From assembly GCA_946480175.1 (NCBI GenBank), contig CAMLIK010000001.1, positions 12,364-76,363 of the forward strand: a stretch of 64,000 nt of DNA. The letters are read 5' to 3'. Both the position numbers and the translations under genes were made by a program. The notes beneath the pieces are model-generated. The model ran no database searches and had not been told where the DNA came from. It was given only the letters and a program-made list of their open reading frames with translations. The stretch's first letter is position 1. Each line of letters starts with the position of its first letter. Shown piece by piece: positions 21,084-31,374 of this stretch. The stretch is from an uncultured Gilliamella sp. GTDB taxonomy: Bacteria; Pseudomonadota; Gammaproteobacteria; Enterobacterales; Orbaceae.

Positions 21084-22265
21084 TTGATGCGATCCATTTT
21101 ATGGGGTTTGTTGTTAAATGCCTTAGTGTTACTTGGTGTTTATTTACGTTTTGTAACCATCAATGCATTTGACAATCTGTTTTTAGATGCGTTATTTACG
21201 TCAATGGTATTAAGTTTATTAGTATCATGTGTTGGCGCATATTTGGCACATTATAAACCATCTAAATTTGCTTATCGGTTGATTATAGCCGGCAGTATTT
21301 TATATATACCTGCTGGATTAGGTTTAGTGGCGATCTATTATGCTTATCGCAAGATGCGACTACAACGTGATGATTCTGATTTGATGACACTCTATGGACG
21401 TCTATTAGTAATAGCTATTCCATATTGTTGGATGTTGTTGCTATTTTTATTACCGTTTTTGATTGTATTTCGAATCAGTTTTTCCGAAGTGGCGATAGCC
21501 GTTCCACCTTATACTGAACTGCTAAGTTATGAAGATGGCCTAGTCAATATTGTTTTAAACTTTGGTAATTATTTTAATTTACTCGAAGATACTATTTATC
21601 TAGACTCGTATTTACAATCATTAAAAGTTGCTGCAATTTCCACATTGCTATGTATTTTGATCGGTTACCCTTTGGCTTGGGCTATTTCACAATGTAAACC
21701 GTCAACCAGAAATATTTTATTGCTATTAATCATTTTGCCATCATGGACTTCGTTTCTAATTCGGGTTTATGCTTGGATTGGGATTTTAAATCCTAATGGG
21801 CTATTAAATAATTTCTTAATGTGGTTAGGGGTTATAGATCAGCCTTTAATTATAATGAAAACCTATCTGGCGGTTTACATCGGTATTGTCTATTCTTATT
21901 TACCATTTGTGGTATTACCAATTTATACCTCATTAAGTAAAGTAGACACAACGCTGATTGAAGCGGCGTTAGATCTTGGTTGTAAACCAATTAAAACCTT
22001 CTTCAAAATTATTGTACCGCTAACCAAAAATGGCGTTATCGCCGGAGGCATGTTGGTATTTATTCCTGCAGTAGGTGAATATGTTATTCCTGAATTATTA
22101 GGTCCTTCTGATGGTCTAATGATTGGTACCCAATTATGGGCTGAATTCTTTAATAATCACGATTGGCCAGCTGCATCAGCAGTGGCAACAGTGATGTTAT
22201 TGATATTAATTGTACCTATCTACTACTTTAATAAGTTCCAGAACCGAGAAATGGGAGGTAAATAA
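21084..22265 (+). CDS. potH: Putrescine ABC transporter permease with N-terminal membrane extension
   Basis: LPSWTSFLIRVYAW, EAA loop EAALDLG, IPAVGEYVIPELLG. Confidence 0.88.
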   Translation: MMRSILWGLLLNALVLLGVYLRFVTINAFDNLFLDALFTSMVLSLLVSCVGAYLAHYKPSKFAYRLIIAGSILYIPAGLGLVAIYYAYRKMRLQRDDSDLMTLYGRLLVIAIPYCWMLLLFLLPFLIVFRISFSEVAIAVPPYTELLSYEDGLVNIVLNFGNYFNLLEDTIYLDSYLQSLKVAAISTLLCILIGYPLAWAISQCKPSTRNILLLLIILPSWTSFLIRVYAWIGILNPNGLLNNFLMWLGVIDQPLIIMKTYLAVYIGIVYSYLPFVVLPIYTSLSKVDTTLIEAALDLGCKPIKTFFKIIVPLTKNGVIAGGMLVFIPAVGEYVIPELLGPSDGLMIGTQLWAEFFNNHDWPAASAVATVMLLILIVPIYYFNKFQNREMGGK

Positions 22266-23267
22266 ATGAATAATTTACCATTAGTCATGCGCTCAGCATT
22301 GATTGTTTTTATTGCTGCATTATTCGGTTCAATAGTGTTATCGGTTTTGATCTCTGCATCAGGATTTGCGCTATTAGGTAGTGCTAGCTTGTATGTCGGA
22401 TGCTTACTATTTAGCCTTATCTTAACAATTATTGTAACAATTGCGTTGTTAGTGAGATGTTTAAAAGGATTAATTCTATTAGTAGTTTTTTCCTTTTTAT
22501 ATATCCCCATGATTATTCTGATTGTTTATTCGTTCAATAGTTCAAGGCTGGTAACGGTATGGGCAGAATTTTCAACCAAATGGTATGTTGAGTTAATACA
22601 TAATGACACTTTACTCAAAGCAGTAGGATTGAGTTTGACTATCGCGGCAGGTGCAGCCTCATTATCGATTGTACTGGGTACTTTAGCTGCTTTTACTCTC
22701 ATTCGGTTTAGACGATTCCGTGGCTCTAACCTGTTCTCGTTTATGACTACGGCACCGTTAGTTATGCCTGATGTCATTACTGGTTTAGCCTTATTACTGC
22801 TATTTGTCGGAATGGGACAAGCGCTCGGTTGGCCAAAAGAACGCGGTGCATTGACTATTTGGATGGCGCATGCAACATTCTGTACTGCATATGTGACAGT
22901 TGTTATCAGTGCCAGATTGCGAGAGTTAGACAAGTCAATCGAAGAAGCGGCTTTAGATCTTGGTGCGAATCCATTGAAGGTATTTTTCATAATTACTTTA
23001 CCAATGATTGCACCAGCGCTGGTTTCTGGTTGGTTATTGGCATTTACTCTATCACTTGATGATGTGGTTATTGCTAATTTTGTTACCGGACCGGGTGCAA
23101 TGACATTACCGAAACTAGTATTTTCTAAGGTTCGTTTAGGTGTCGATCCACAAGTTAATGCCTTAGCAACAATTATTTTACTAATTGTTGGTATTATCGG
23201 TTTTATGTCATGGCTTTGGATGCGTCGCGCCGAAAAACGACATTTAAGAGAAATTCGCATGCGTTAA
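22266..23267 (+). CDS. potI: Putrescine ABC transporter permease with N-terminal membrane extension
   Basis: FLYIP...YSFNSS, PLVMPDVITG, EEAALDLGA and AFTLSLDD motifs. Confidence 0.9.
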   Translation: MNNLPLVMRSALIVFIAALFGSIVLSVLISASGFALLGSASLYVGCLLFSLILTIIVTIALLVRCLKGLILLVVFSFLYIPMIILIVYSFNSSRLVTVWAEFSTKWYVELIHNDTLLKAVGLSLTIAAGAASLSIVLGTLAAFTLIRFRRFRGSNLFSFMTTAPLVMPDVITGLALLLLFVGMGQALGWPKERGALTIWMAHATFCTAYVTVVISARLRELDKSIEEAALDLGANPLKVFFIITLPMIAPALVSGWLLAFTLSLDDVVIANFVTGPGAMTLPKLVFSKVRLGVDPQVNALATIILLIVGIIGFMSWLWMRRAEKRHLREIRMR

Positions 23268-23281
23268 TCTGATTATTAATT

Positions 23282-23307
23282 ATTGCCGCTTTTGCGGCAA
23301 TTTTTTT
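23282..23307 (+). terminator. Rho-independent terminator after potI
   Basis: ATTGCCGC-TTTT-GCGGCAAT followed by a T run. Confidence 0.8.
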
Positions 23308-23375
23308 ATCCTTATAAAATATACGTGTTTTTTTAGCCGTTTTATATTATAGTGTGCGCAGTCAGGTTACTGACA

Positions 23376-23508
23376 AAATTCTCAGGGCGGGGCGCAATTC
23401 CCCACCGGTGGTATAGCCCACGAGCGCTTAGTAAAATCCTATTTTATTAAGGACAGCAGATTTGGTGAGATTCCAAAGCCGACAGTTAAAGTCTGGATGA
23501 AAGAGAGT
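23376..23508 (+). ncRNA. FMN riboswitch (RFN element)
   Basis: TTCTCAGGGCGGGGCGCAATTCCCCACCGGTGGT..AGCCCACGAGCG...AGATTTGGTGAGATTCCAAAGCCGACAGT.AAAGTCTGGATGAAAGAGA, upstream of ribB. Confidence 0.95.
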
Positions 23509-23662
23509 AGCTTATCTTTTCTATATTTGCGCTATAGCAAAATCACTATGGTCAAGCACTTGCCCTGATTCTGGTATTTAATATATTTAATGCTTAATAA
23601 ATCTAATTCACTTAATTAAGAATAAATATATTTAGTTTAATAAAACAGGATAGGTATCTACC

Positions 23663-24301
23663 ATGAATCAGTTTAATTTAAATGAATTCGGAACCCCAAT
23701 TGAGCGCGTAAAAAGAGCAATCGCGTCAATCAAAGCTGGATCTGGCGTATTAGTTTTAGATGATGAAGATCGTGAAAACGAAGGGGATATTATTTGGGCA
23801 GCCGAAACAATCACAACCGAGCAAATGGCACTAACTATTCGATATGGTAGTGGTATCGTCTGTCTATGTATGCCGCAATCCTATTGTGATAAATTGGAAC
23901 TACCAATGATGGTTGCCAATAACACGAGTAAAAATCATACCGCTTTTACCATTACTATTGAAGCAGCAAAAGGTGTTACCACCGGTGTGTCAGCGGCGGA
24001 TAGGGTCACCACAGTAAAAGCTGCGGTCGCCGACAACGCTAAACCAAGTGATTTGCATCATCCTGGACATGTCTTTCCATTAGTTGCCAAAGAGGGTGGG
24101 GTATTAAATCGTCGGGGACACACCGAAGCCTCTGTGGATTTAGTGGCATTAGCGGGTTATAAACCAGCAGCAGTGATTTGTGAATTAACGAATGATGATG
24201 GTTCAATGGCTAGAGCGCCACAAGTTGTTGCGTTTGCAAAACAGCATCAGCTACCGGTAGTCACCATTGAAGATATAGTGGCCTATCGCCAATCAAATTA
24301 A
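23663..24301 (+). CDS. ribB: 3,4-dihydroxy-2-butanone-4-phosphate synthase
   Basis: [25 protein letters not shown] and RRGHTEA motifs. Confidence 0.97.
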   Translation: MNQFNLNEFGTPIERVKRAIASIKAGSGVLVLDDEDRENEGDIIWAAETITTEQMALTIRYGSGIVCLCMPQSYCDKLELPMMVANNTSKNHTAFTITIEAAKGVTTGVSAADRVTTVKAAVADNAKPSDLHHPGHVFPLVAKEGGVLNRRGHTEASVDLVALAGYKPAAVICELTNDDGSMARAPQVVAFAKQHQLPVVTIEDIVAYRQSN

Positions 24302-24316
24302 CTATAACCACGATTA

Positions 24317-24341
24317 ACTGTCGAATTGATTATTCGACAGT
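24317..24341 (+). terminator. Stem-loop after ribB
   Basis: ACTGTCGAAT-N5-ATTCGACAGT. Confidence 0.55.
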
Positions 24342-24404
24342 AATTTCAGCTTTATTTAGTTTAACATTGGTAAACTCAACATATTTAGCCTATCTTATAG
24401 TTAA

Positions 24405-25361
24405 TTGATAATTGATATTCTGGTGCAATTTATGTCACGATTAAGTTTTTTTTATATCCTAATGGTGTTTGTCATCACTGGTTGCCAGTCAAAATCTCAT
24501 CTGTCGAAAGTTGTGACTATCCCGAATACTCATATTGAACTATTTCATTCAAAAACCAATGGCGATTATAAAGTAACGATTTATACTCCTAATAAACCGA
24601 CTCCCGACGGTGGTTGGCCAATTATTTATCTACTTGATGGTGACAGTTACTTTTTAGCAACTAAGCAAATAATTACAAATCAAACGTGTGAACGTTGCAT
24701 TATTCAAGAAGGCATCATTGTTGCCATAGATTATTTTAATCAAACACGGCGTGATGTTGATTTTTTACCTAAACCAGAAAACTATGTTTTTGAAGTTTTG
24801 CCCAATAAGCAAATAAATTTGGCCAGTAGGTACGGCGGAGCAGATGCTTTTTACGATTTTTTAACCCAAGAGCTTAAACCGGAAATAGAAAAGCGCTATG
24901 TTATTAATCCTAACCAGCAAGCCATTTTTGGCCATTCCTATGGTGGATTATTTAATTTATACATTTTTTTAACTAAACCAGTGGTTTTTAATACTTATGT
25001 GATATCCAGCCCTTCTCTGTGGTTTAGTGATGGTTATATGTTTAGTGTATTAGCAAATTATTTAATTAATCAGCGACATGCTCTAAATAAACCCATTAAT
25101 TTGTTGATCTCTGTGGGCGGTGCCGAACAATCTTTACTGCCTGTTGAGCAGACATTACCCGAACAGCAGCGAAAACTGCTATTAAAACACCGCCAGAATC
25201 GAAAAATGGTCGATTATGCAAAACAGTTATTTACTCGATTAAAACAAGCTAAACTTAATCAGCTCACCATAAGTTATAAAGTCTATCCTGAACAATCGCA
25301 CAAAACAGCGGCTATTATTGCGCTACAAGATAGCATTCAATTAAATTTCAAAGTTAAATAA
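24405..25361 (+). CDS. IroE/PfeE-like siderophore esterase (alpha/beta hydrolase), possible lipoprotein
   Basis: PIIYLLDG, GGADAF, nucleophile GHSYGG, SPSLW; ITGC lipobox-like site; adjacent to a FepA-like receptor. Confidence 0.75.
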   Translation: MIIDILVQFMSRLSFFYILMVFVITGCQSKSHLSKVVTIPNTHIELFHSKTNGDYKVTIYTPNKPTPDGGWPIIYLLDGDSYFLATKQIITNQTCERCIIQEGIIVAIDYFNQTRRDVDFLPKPENYVFEVLPNKQINLASRYGGADAFYDFLTQELKPEIEKRYVINPNQQAIFGHSYGGLFNLYIFLTKPVVFNTYVISSPSLWFSDGYMFSVLANYLINQRHALNKPINLLISVGGAEQSLLPVEQTLPEQQRKLLLKHRQNRKMVDYAKQLFTRLKQAKLNQLTISYKVYPEQSHKTAAIIALQDSIQLNFKVK

Positions 25362-25397
25362 AAATTTATTTAATCCCAAATATCCCTAATTAACTTG

Positions 25398-25455
25398 AAT
25401 ATAAATGAATTTCATTTATATTACTTCGACTTAATTAATAATGATAATCATTATT
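25398..25455 (+). promoter_or_regulatory. Fur box plus an upstream Fur-like palindrome
   Basis: AATAATGATAATCATTATT (25437-25455, 17/19); AATATAAATGAA-T-TTCATTTATATT (25398-25422). Confidence 0.8.
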
Positions 25456-25477
25456 AATAAAATATCAGGGATAATAT

Positions 25478-27724
25478 ATGAATACCAAATATAAATCGAC
25501 TTACTTATTAGCAACACTCATCAGTTTTATTTGTCACAATACCTATGCAGATAATGGTGATTCATCAGTTCATAATGATAACGATGCCGATGAGGTTATG
25601 GTCGTCACCGCCTCTGAGCAGAGCAAACAAGCTTTAGGTGTTTCAATGATTACCCAAAAAGAATTAAGTAAAATGCCACCTAAAAATGATATTTCAGAAA
25701 TCATTCGCACCATGCTTGGTGTCAGTTTGACCGGTAACTCTACTAGTGGTCAACGAGGTAATAATCGACAAATCGATATTCGCGGAATGGGACCAGAAAA
25801 CACCTTAATTTTAGTTGATGGACGACCAGTAAAAAGCCGTATGTCAGTTCGCTATGGCTGGCGGGGTGAAAGAGATACTCGCGGTGATACCAATTGGGTA
25901 CCTGCTGAAATTATCGAAAGGATTGATGTTTTGCGTGGTCCAGCCGCCGCTCGTTATGGTGATGGTGCTGCTGGTGGTGTCGTGAATATTATCACAAAAC
26001 AGCCGACTAAAGAGTGGCATATTTCGTGGAATAGCTATTTAAATCTACCTTCACATAGTAAAGAAGGGGCAACCCAAAGAACAAATATCTTATTAACAGG
26101 TGGATTAACGGATAATCTAAGTATGCGTTTATATGGTAATCTCAACAAAACCGAGGCTGATGATTGGGATATCAATAAAAAACATCAAATTAATCCAAGT
26201 TCGGTTAGTGCAGGACGTGAAGGTGTGCGTAATAAAGATATAAATGGCATACTTCTTTGGGATATCACTGATAAACAATCACTAGAATTTGAGACAAGTG
26301 TTAGTCGTCAAGGTAATATTTATGCTGGTGACACTCAAAATAATAATCCTGATAAATTGGTTAGTCGATTTTATAACGATGAAACTAATAGAATGAATCG
26401 TCAAAATTACTCAGTTACTCATCGTGGTTATTGGGACAATGGCGTGAATACCATGTCTTATATCCAACTTGAAAAAACACGTAATACTCGCTTGAATGAA
26501 GGTTTAGCTGGTGGCACTGAAGGTCGCTTTAAAGATGATAGTTTTTCAACGATCGAATACAATAATTTTACCTTACATAATGAAACTAGTTTTCCTTTAA
26601 CCATCGTTGTACCACAAACCATGACTATTGGTGGTGAATATAATCATCAAAAGATGAAAGATCCAACTTCCAATACACAAACTATTACAGAAGGTGGCAG
26701 TATACCGTGGATTAAAAATGAAGCTCGCAGTGAAAACGCTTCAGCTAATCTTTGGGGGGTGTTTGTTGAGGATAACATCGAACTCACCCAAACTACCATG
26801 TTGACGCCAACGATACGTTATAATCATCAAAGCGAGTCAGGTAGTAACTGGAGTCCAGGGTTAAATTTATTTCAGGAAATAGGTGACTATTTTAGTTTAA
26901 AACTGGGTATTGCTAGAGCCTATAAAGCACCTAATTTATATCAAACTAACCCTAATTATCTGCTTTATAGTCGTGGACAGGGCTGTTATGGCGCGGGTGG
27001 TAGTTGTTACTTAATAGGTAACAAAAAATTAAAAGCGGAAACAAGTGTAAATAAAGAAATCGGTTTAGAGTTTCATAATAATGCAGGTTTAATTGCAGGC
27101 TTAACTTATTTCCGTAATGATTATCATAATAAAATCGATTCTGGTACTAGCCCTATTGGGCAAGCAGAAGGTGGCCAAAATAAGTTTAAAAATTCGAATA
27201 TTTTTCAGTGGCAAAATGTACCTAAATCGGTAATTGAAGGATTGGAAGGTAGTATAACTATTCCTGTTACATCAACCGTTAATTTTCGTAATAACTTAAC
27301 TTGGATGTTGCAGTCAAAAAATAAAAAAAGCGGTGATTATTTGTCAATCATCCCGAAATATACCTTAAACTCCTCAATAGATTGGCAAGCAACCGACAAA
27401 TTTTCATTATTAACTGCTGTTACTTGGTATGGCAAACAACGACCGAGAAAATATGACTATTTGGGCGAAAAACTTACAGATAGTTCAACCAATCAACTCA
27501 GTCCTTATGCGCTTTTAAATTTAAGTGGGCAATATCAATTTAACAAGAATTTTACGTTCACTGCTGGTGTTGATAATTTATTTGATAAACGTCTGTTTAG
27601 AAAGGGTAACTCTTCTTCTTTGAAAAATCCTCAAAACGGTGTAATCAGTGTTCGAGGCGCAGGTGCAGCAACATACAACGAACCAGGGAGAACGTTATTT
27701 ATTAATACTAACATCTCATTTTAA
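25478..27724 (+). CDS. fepA: Ferric enterobactin/salmochelin TonB-dependent receptor (FepA/IroN/PfeA-like)
   Basis: LTGNSTSGQRGNNRQIDIRGMGPENTLILVDG, RYGWRGERDTRGDTNWVP and ATYNEPGR motifs. Confidence 0.9.
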   Translation: MNTKYKSTYLLATLISFICHNTYADNGDSSVHNDNDADEVMVVTASEQSKQALGVSMITQKELSKMPPKNDISEIIRTMLGVSLTGNSTSGQRGNNRQIDIRGMGPENTLILVDGRPVKSRMSVRYGWRGERDTRGDTNWVPAEIIERIDVLRGPAAARYGDGAAGGVVNIITKQPTKEWHISWNSYLNLPSHSKEGATQRTNILLTGGLTDNLSMRLYGNLNKTEADDWDINKKHQINPSSVSAGREGVRNKDINGILLWDITDKQSLEFETSVSRQGNIYAGDTQNNNPDKLVSRFYNDETNRMNRQNYSVTHRGYWDNGVNTMSYIQLEKTRNTRLNEGLAGGTEGRFKDDSFSTIEYNNFTLHNETSFPLTIVVPQTMTIGGEYNHQKMKDPTSNTQTITEGGSIPWIKNEARSENASANLWGVFVEDNIELTQTTMLTPTIRYNHQSESGSNWSPGLNLFQEIGDYFSLKLGIARAYKAPNLYQTNPNYLLYSRGQGCYGAGGSCYLIGNKKLKAETSVNKEIGLEFHNNAGLIAGLTYFRNDYHNKIDSGTSPIGQAEGGQNKFKNSNIFQWQNVPKSVIEGLEGSITIPVTSTVNFRNNLTWMLQSKNKKSGDYLSIIPKYTLNSSIDWQATDKFSLLTAVTWYGKQRPRKYDYLGEKLTDSSTNQLSPYALLNLSGQYQFNKNFTFTAGVDNLFDKRLFRKGNSSSLKNPQNGVISVRGAGAATYNEPGRTLFINTNISF

Positions 27725-27741
27725 ACAATTACGCTCAATGA

Positions 27742-27760
27742 CCGCCGAAATAATCGGCGG
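27742..27760. terminator. Probable bidirectional terminator
   Basis: CCGCCGA-N5-TCGGCGG between convergent genes. Confidence 0.6.
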
Positions 27761-27769
27761 ATTTATTGC

Positions 27770-28888
27770 TTAACCTAAAACTTTCAAAGCACAAGTTTTA
27801 GTAATTTTTACTCCATTTTCTAATGCAGATGTATCAAAAGTCATATCAGGATGATGAAGACCGGGTGTCAAATCAACACCTAAGCCCCAAAAACCAGATT
27901 TTACATCTCTTTCACGCGGATAATTAAAGAAGTCTTCGCCACCTGGTGTGAAAATTGGTTCTTTCAATCCCTCTTTGCCAAGTACATCGATAATAGATTC
28001 AGCAATAATTTGCGTAACTTCATCATCAATTTCTGCAGCAGGGATTTCCTTCGATACTTTGATATCAGCTTTAGCACCGATAGATGCCACACTTAATTCA
28101 ATCGCTTTAAGCGTTTTGGCTTTTAATTCATCCATAGCAGGGTTGGTTGGTGCGCGTAAATCCCAACAAACATAAGCCTCGGACGGAATAGCATTGGTTA
28201 CACCGGCATCACAAATACAACGAGTTGCTTTGACGCTATAGGTTAAACTTGGTGCTAGATGAATGGTATTCACGGCTTGAATCGCCATAGTTGCCGCATC
28301 TAAAGCGTTGACGCCTAAATGTGGTCTTGCCCCATGTGCGGGAACACCATGAATATTGACTTCAACTGTGGTTGAAGCCGAATAGAACATAGCAGCAGAT
28401 GCAAAGCCTTTAGGGCATTCTTCTTTAGGGCGAACATGTAAACCGATGATCATATCAACATCATCAATTGCACCGCCTTCAATCATAGCCAATGCACCAG
28501 AACCTAACTCTTCAGCAGGTTGAAAAATCAATTTTAGTTTACCTTTTTTGATATTTCCTTCTTTGATAAGCTCTTGCGCGGCAGTCAATAACATCGATGA
28601 ATGGCCATCGTGACCACAGGTGTGTCTGGCGCAATGTTGACCATCAATAATATGTCCTAAAGCGTCCATATCCGCCCGTAATGCCAGTACGGGGCCTGAT
28701 TTACCAGTGTCATATTCTGCAACAATTCCGGTGGTATTATTAATATTACGCGTGACTTTATAACCGGCTTCTTCCAGTTTAGTGGCTATATAGTTGGATG
28801 TTTTAACTTCTTCAAACCCAAGTTCAGGAATTTGATGCAAATAGTGGTAGTGTTCGAGTACATTCGACATAGATATCTCCTTTATCAC
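27770..28888 (-). CDS. M20 family amidohydrolase (likely start ATG 28870)
   Basis: LHQIPELGFEE, LRADMDAL, HTCGHDGH, FQPAEE, GEDF and LHHP motifs. Confidence 0.9.
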   Translation of the reverse strand: MIKEISMSNVLEHYHYLHQIPELGFEEVKTSNYIATKLEEAGYKVTRNINNTTGIVAEYDTGKSGPVLALRADMDALGHIIDGQHCARHTCGHDGHSSMLLTAAQELIKEGNIKKGKLKLIFQPAEELGSGALAMIEGGAIDDVDMIIGLHVRPKEECPKGFASAAMFYSASTTVEVNIHGVPAHGARPHLGVNALDAATMAIQAVNTIHLAPSLTYSVKATRCICDAGVTNAIPSEAYVCWDLRAPTNPAMDELKAKTLKAIELSVASIGAKADIKVSKEIPAAEIDDEVTQIIAESIIDVLGKEGLKEPIFTPGGEDFFNYPRERDVKSGFWGLGVDLTPGLHHPDMTFDTSALENGVKITKTCALKVLG

Positions 28889-29358
28889 ACAATAAATCGC
28901 ATAATGATCATCGCTATTAACGCATTAACAATACTATTAACCATTAATAGTGGCCAATATTTTTTAGGCACATCAGCAACTCCTAGTAGGCGTCCCATAT
29001 ATTGTAATTGTGAACCCATTAAGAAAATAGCTGGTGCTAAAATTGTGATATCCATACCACTAAGAGTGCCAGTACTAATTAAATTTACTGCAACCCCTGT
29101 TCCTGCCGAGGCTGATAACCAAGCTGTCAATAGAACGGTAATCGCTTCCCCCGGTAGACCAAAAAGTCCCATGATCGGTGCAAATTTTTCACCAATTAAT
29201 TGCATTAAGCCAAGTCTTTTTAATATTTCGGTAATAACAAATGCCATAATGATGTTAGGCATTAAATTGTTAATCGCAATATTAAAGCCTTTACGCGCAC
29301 CAATGACAAAAATATCTAATGGATTGTTAGTCTGTTTTTGATCGCTTGAATTACTCAT
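28885..29358 (-). CDS. yjiG: YjiG/SpmB-like inner membrane protein
   Basis: DIFV.GARKG, FGLPGEA and LMGSQLQYMGR motifs. Confidence 0.8.
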   Translation of the reverse strand: MSNSSDQKQTNNPLDIFVIGARKGFNIAINNLMPNIIMAFVITEILKRLGLMQLIGEKFAPIMGLFGLPGEAITVLLTAWLSASAGTGVAVNLISTGTLSGMDITILAPAIFLMGSQLQYMGRLLGVADVPKKYWPLLMVNSIVNALIAMIIMRFIV

Positions 29359-30007
29359 TGATAAAGTCCTTTTTATAAACTGAATTTAAAACAAGGCGGA
29401 CTAAAATTGCACCGACAAATTTCAATACAATCATAATGACCAGTGGCGTAAATATTGCAACAGACATTGACGCAAAAAGCGCTGAGCCAATAGAAAAATA
29501 GTTATTTATTAACCCGGCTCCAGAATATTGCCATGCACTAATAATGACCAGATCTTTTTTAGTGATCTGTTTTTCATCGTATAATTCTTTGGTTAATACC
29601 GCGCCAGCATCAGTACTTTGTAAATCCGTAATTAACGCTAAACCCGTTTTACCCGGAACGCCTAAGATAGGTTTAAGTAGTGGAGTTAATAATTTATGAG
29701 CCGCACGGATGGTACCATAATGGGTAAAGATTTCTAACACGCCTAATGCAAGCATAACGGTTGGGATTAATGACAGAGCGAAAATAAAGCCGGCTCTGGC
29801 GCTAACTCCACCCTCACCAACGAAGGTATTTTTCTCTGGATGGAGCATTGTGCCAAACTTACCACTTAAACTGGTAAAATCAAATGCCCCCAACCAAGCT
29901 TTTCCATCTACATTATAAAATAGTCCGGAAAAAAACAGTATGGCCACAATAAGCGATACATAAGCTTTTATGCCGACTTTAAATTCATCGTCCGATTTTT
30001 TTGACAT
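29351..30007 (-). CDS. yjiH: YjiH-like nucleoside-recognition (Gate) membrane protein
   Basis: FDFTSL.GKFG, LLTPLLKPILG.PG and LQSTDAGA motifs. Confidence 0.8.
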   Translation of the reverse strand: MSKKSDDEFKVGIKAYVSLIVAILFFSGLFYNVDGKAWLGAFDFTSLSGKFGTMLHPEKNTFVGEGGVSARAGFIFALSLIPTVMLALGVLEIFTHYGTIRAAHKLLTPLLKPILGVPGKTGLALITDLQSTDAGAVLTKELYDEKQITKKDLVIISAWQYSGAGLINNYFSIGSALFASMSVAIFTPLVIMIVLKFVGAILVRLVLNSVYKKDFINE

Positions 30008-30615
30008 TGTCTATTCCTTTTGATTTATCTGACTTATTCTTTAATAAAAGTATTAAATAAGTTGTGTTTAAAGTACTTGAATTATTTTGCTTTCGAAAAG
30101 AATTAAAGCACTAAGCGAAGTATTCTATATTGATTTAATTGAAAAAAAACCCCTTTCAGCAAATTTTTTACAATTCAAATTGTCTATATTTATTAATTCA
30201 TATTAATAATAAAGCTAAACTATCGTTGGTATTAAAGGCAGAATCAACCCAATAAAAGCTGATCATGTTGGGTAAGAAATATGGGTTAAAAGTACTATAT
30301 TTATTTCTATTTTTAATGATTTTTTGAGAAAGTTATTTAAAAGCATGCAATTATCATCAACTCGGGCTTGCCATTTTTTAGTTGTCATTATAAAATTATT
30401 AATATATGGAAAGAAATATTAATGAAATATTATTAAGATAATTTAGAAATTATCGATATTTTATATAAGGTTGAATTGTTTCTCTGCATAAATATCATAA
30501 TCTTTTGGTGGCAAACAAGCTAGTTTGCGAACCGTCTTTTGTTTTCATTAAGCAGATTAATGAAAAGACAAAATTAAGCAATAGAAATTGAAAATAAAAA
30601 AGTAATGAGGTCATT

Positions 30616-30939
30616 ATGGACAGCAGGAATAAAGAGTGGGCATTTGTTGTTCTCACCTGCTTTTTTGAATTGTGTTGGGTATTTGGTTTTACTACTGCAA
30701 ATCAATGGTGGCATTGGATTATTGTTATCCTTGTGATTGTTATTGATTTTACGTTTTTAACTAATGCATGTAAGACAATTCCTACTGGCACTGTGTATGC
30801 AATATTTTCTGGTGTTGGAGCGATTGGTTCATTAGTTATTGATATGGTTATATTTGGTAAAGAAATCAAACTTATTGAAATATTTTTTGTTGCATTAATT
30901 ATTATTGGTGTTGTGCAACTTAAACGAGCCGATAGTTAA
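30616..30939 (+). CDS. Paired SMR (DMT family) transporter subunit 1
   Basis: 107 aa, 4 TM segments, conserved TM1 Glu (FFELCW), IPTGTVYAIFSGVG. Confidence 0.85.
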   Translation: MDSRNKEWAFVVLTCFFELCWVFGFTTANQWWHWIIVILVIVIDFTFLTNACKTIPTGTVYAIFSGVGAIGSLVIDMVIFGKEIKLIEIFFVALIIIGVVQLKRADS

Positions 30940-30950
30940 TTAACTAAAAT

Positions 30951-31277
30951 TTGGATCAAGATATGGGATGGTTATTTATTTTAACAGCTGCAATTTTCGA
31001 AGTTGTTGGTGCTATTGGTCTTAAGCTTTATTCGCAGCAAAAAAGCTGGTTTCGATTGATGTTATATTGGGGTGGTTTTTTGGTTTCGTTCACACTGTTT
31101 TATTTTTCACTCCAATATCTGGATTTAAGTATTGTTTACCCTGTCTGGGTAGGACTTGGAACTTCTGGCGCAGTATTGACTAATATGTTTATTTTTAAAG
31201 AACCGAAAAATTTTACTCGAATATTTGGTTTAAGTGTTATTGTTATTGGTATCATCGGGTTGCATGTTACTATGTAA
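30951..31277 (+). CDS. Paired SMR (DMT family) transporter subunit 2 (likely start ATG 30963)
   Basis: IFEVVG..GLK, LSIVYPVWVGLG and FKEP motifs. Confidence 0.85.
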   Translation: MDQDMGWLFILTAAIFEVVGAIGLKLYSQQKSWFRLMLYWGGFLVSFTLFYFSLQYLDLSIVYPVWVGLGTSGAVLTNMFIFKEPKNFTRIFGLSVIVIGIIGLHVTM

Positions 31278-31374
31278 CAAGAAAAGTGTGATGAATTTAG
31301 TTATTATATTAATTTCAAACAAGAAGATGTTGCATTAGTCTATAAAGTTATATAAAATAATGCCACTTTCAAGT

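Noticed and set aside
22526-23260. 244-aa antisense ORF (likewise 28832-29341, 37122-37796, 48913-49293 and other overlapping ORFs)
   Set aside because: Shadow frames opposite well-supported genes, with no RBS or motif support
30010-30615. Guanidine (ykkC) riboswitch upstream of the SMR pair
   Set aside because: Conserved class I, II and III sequence elements were not found
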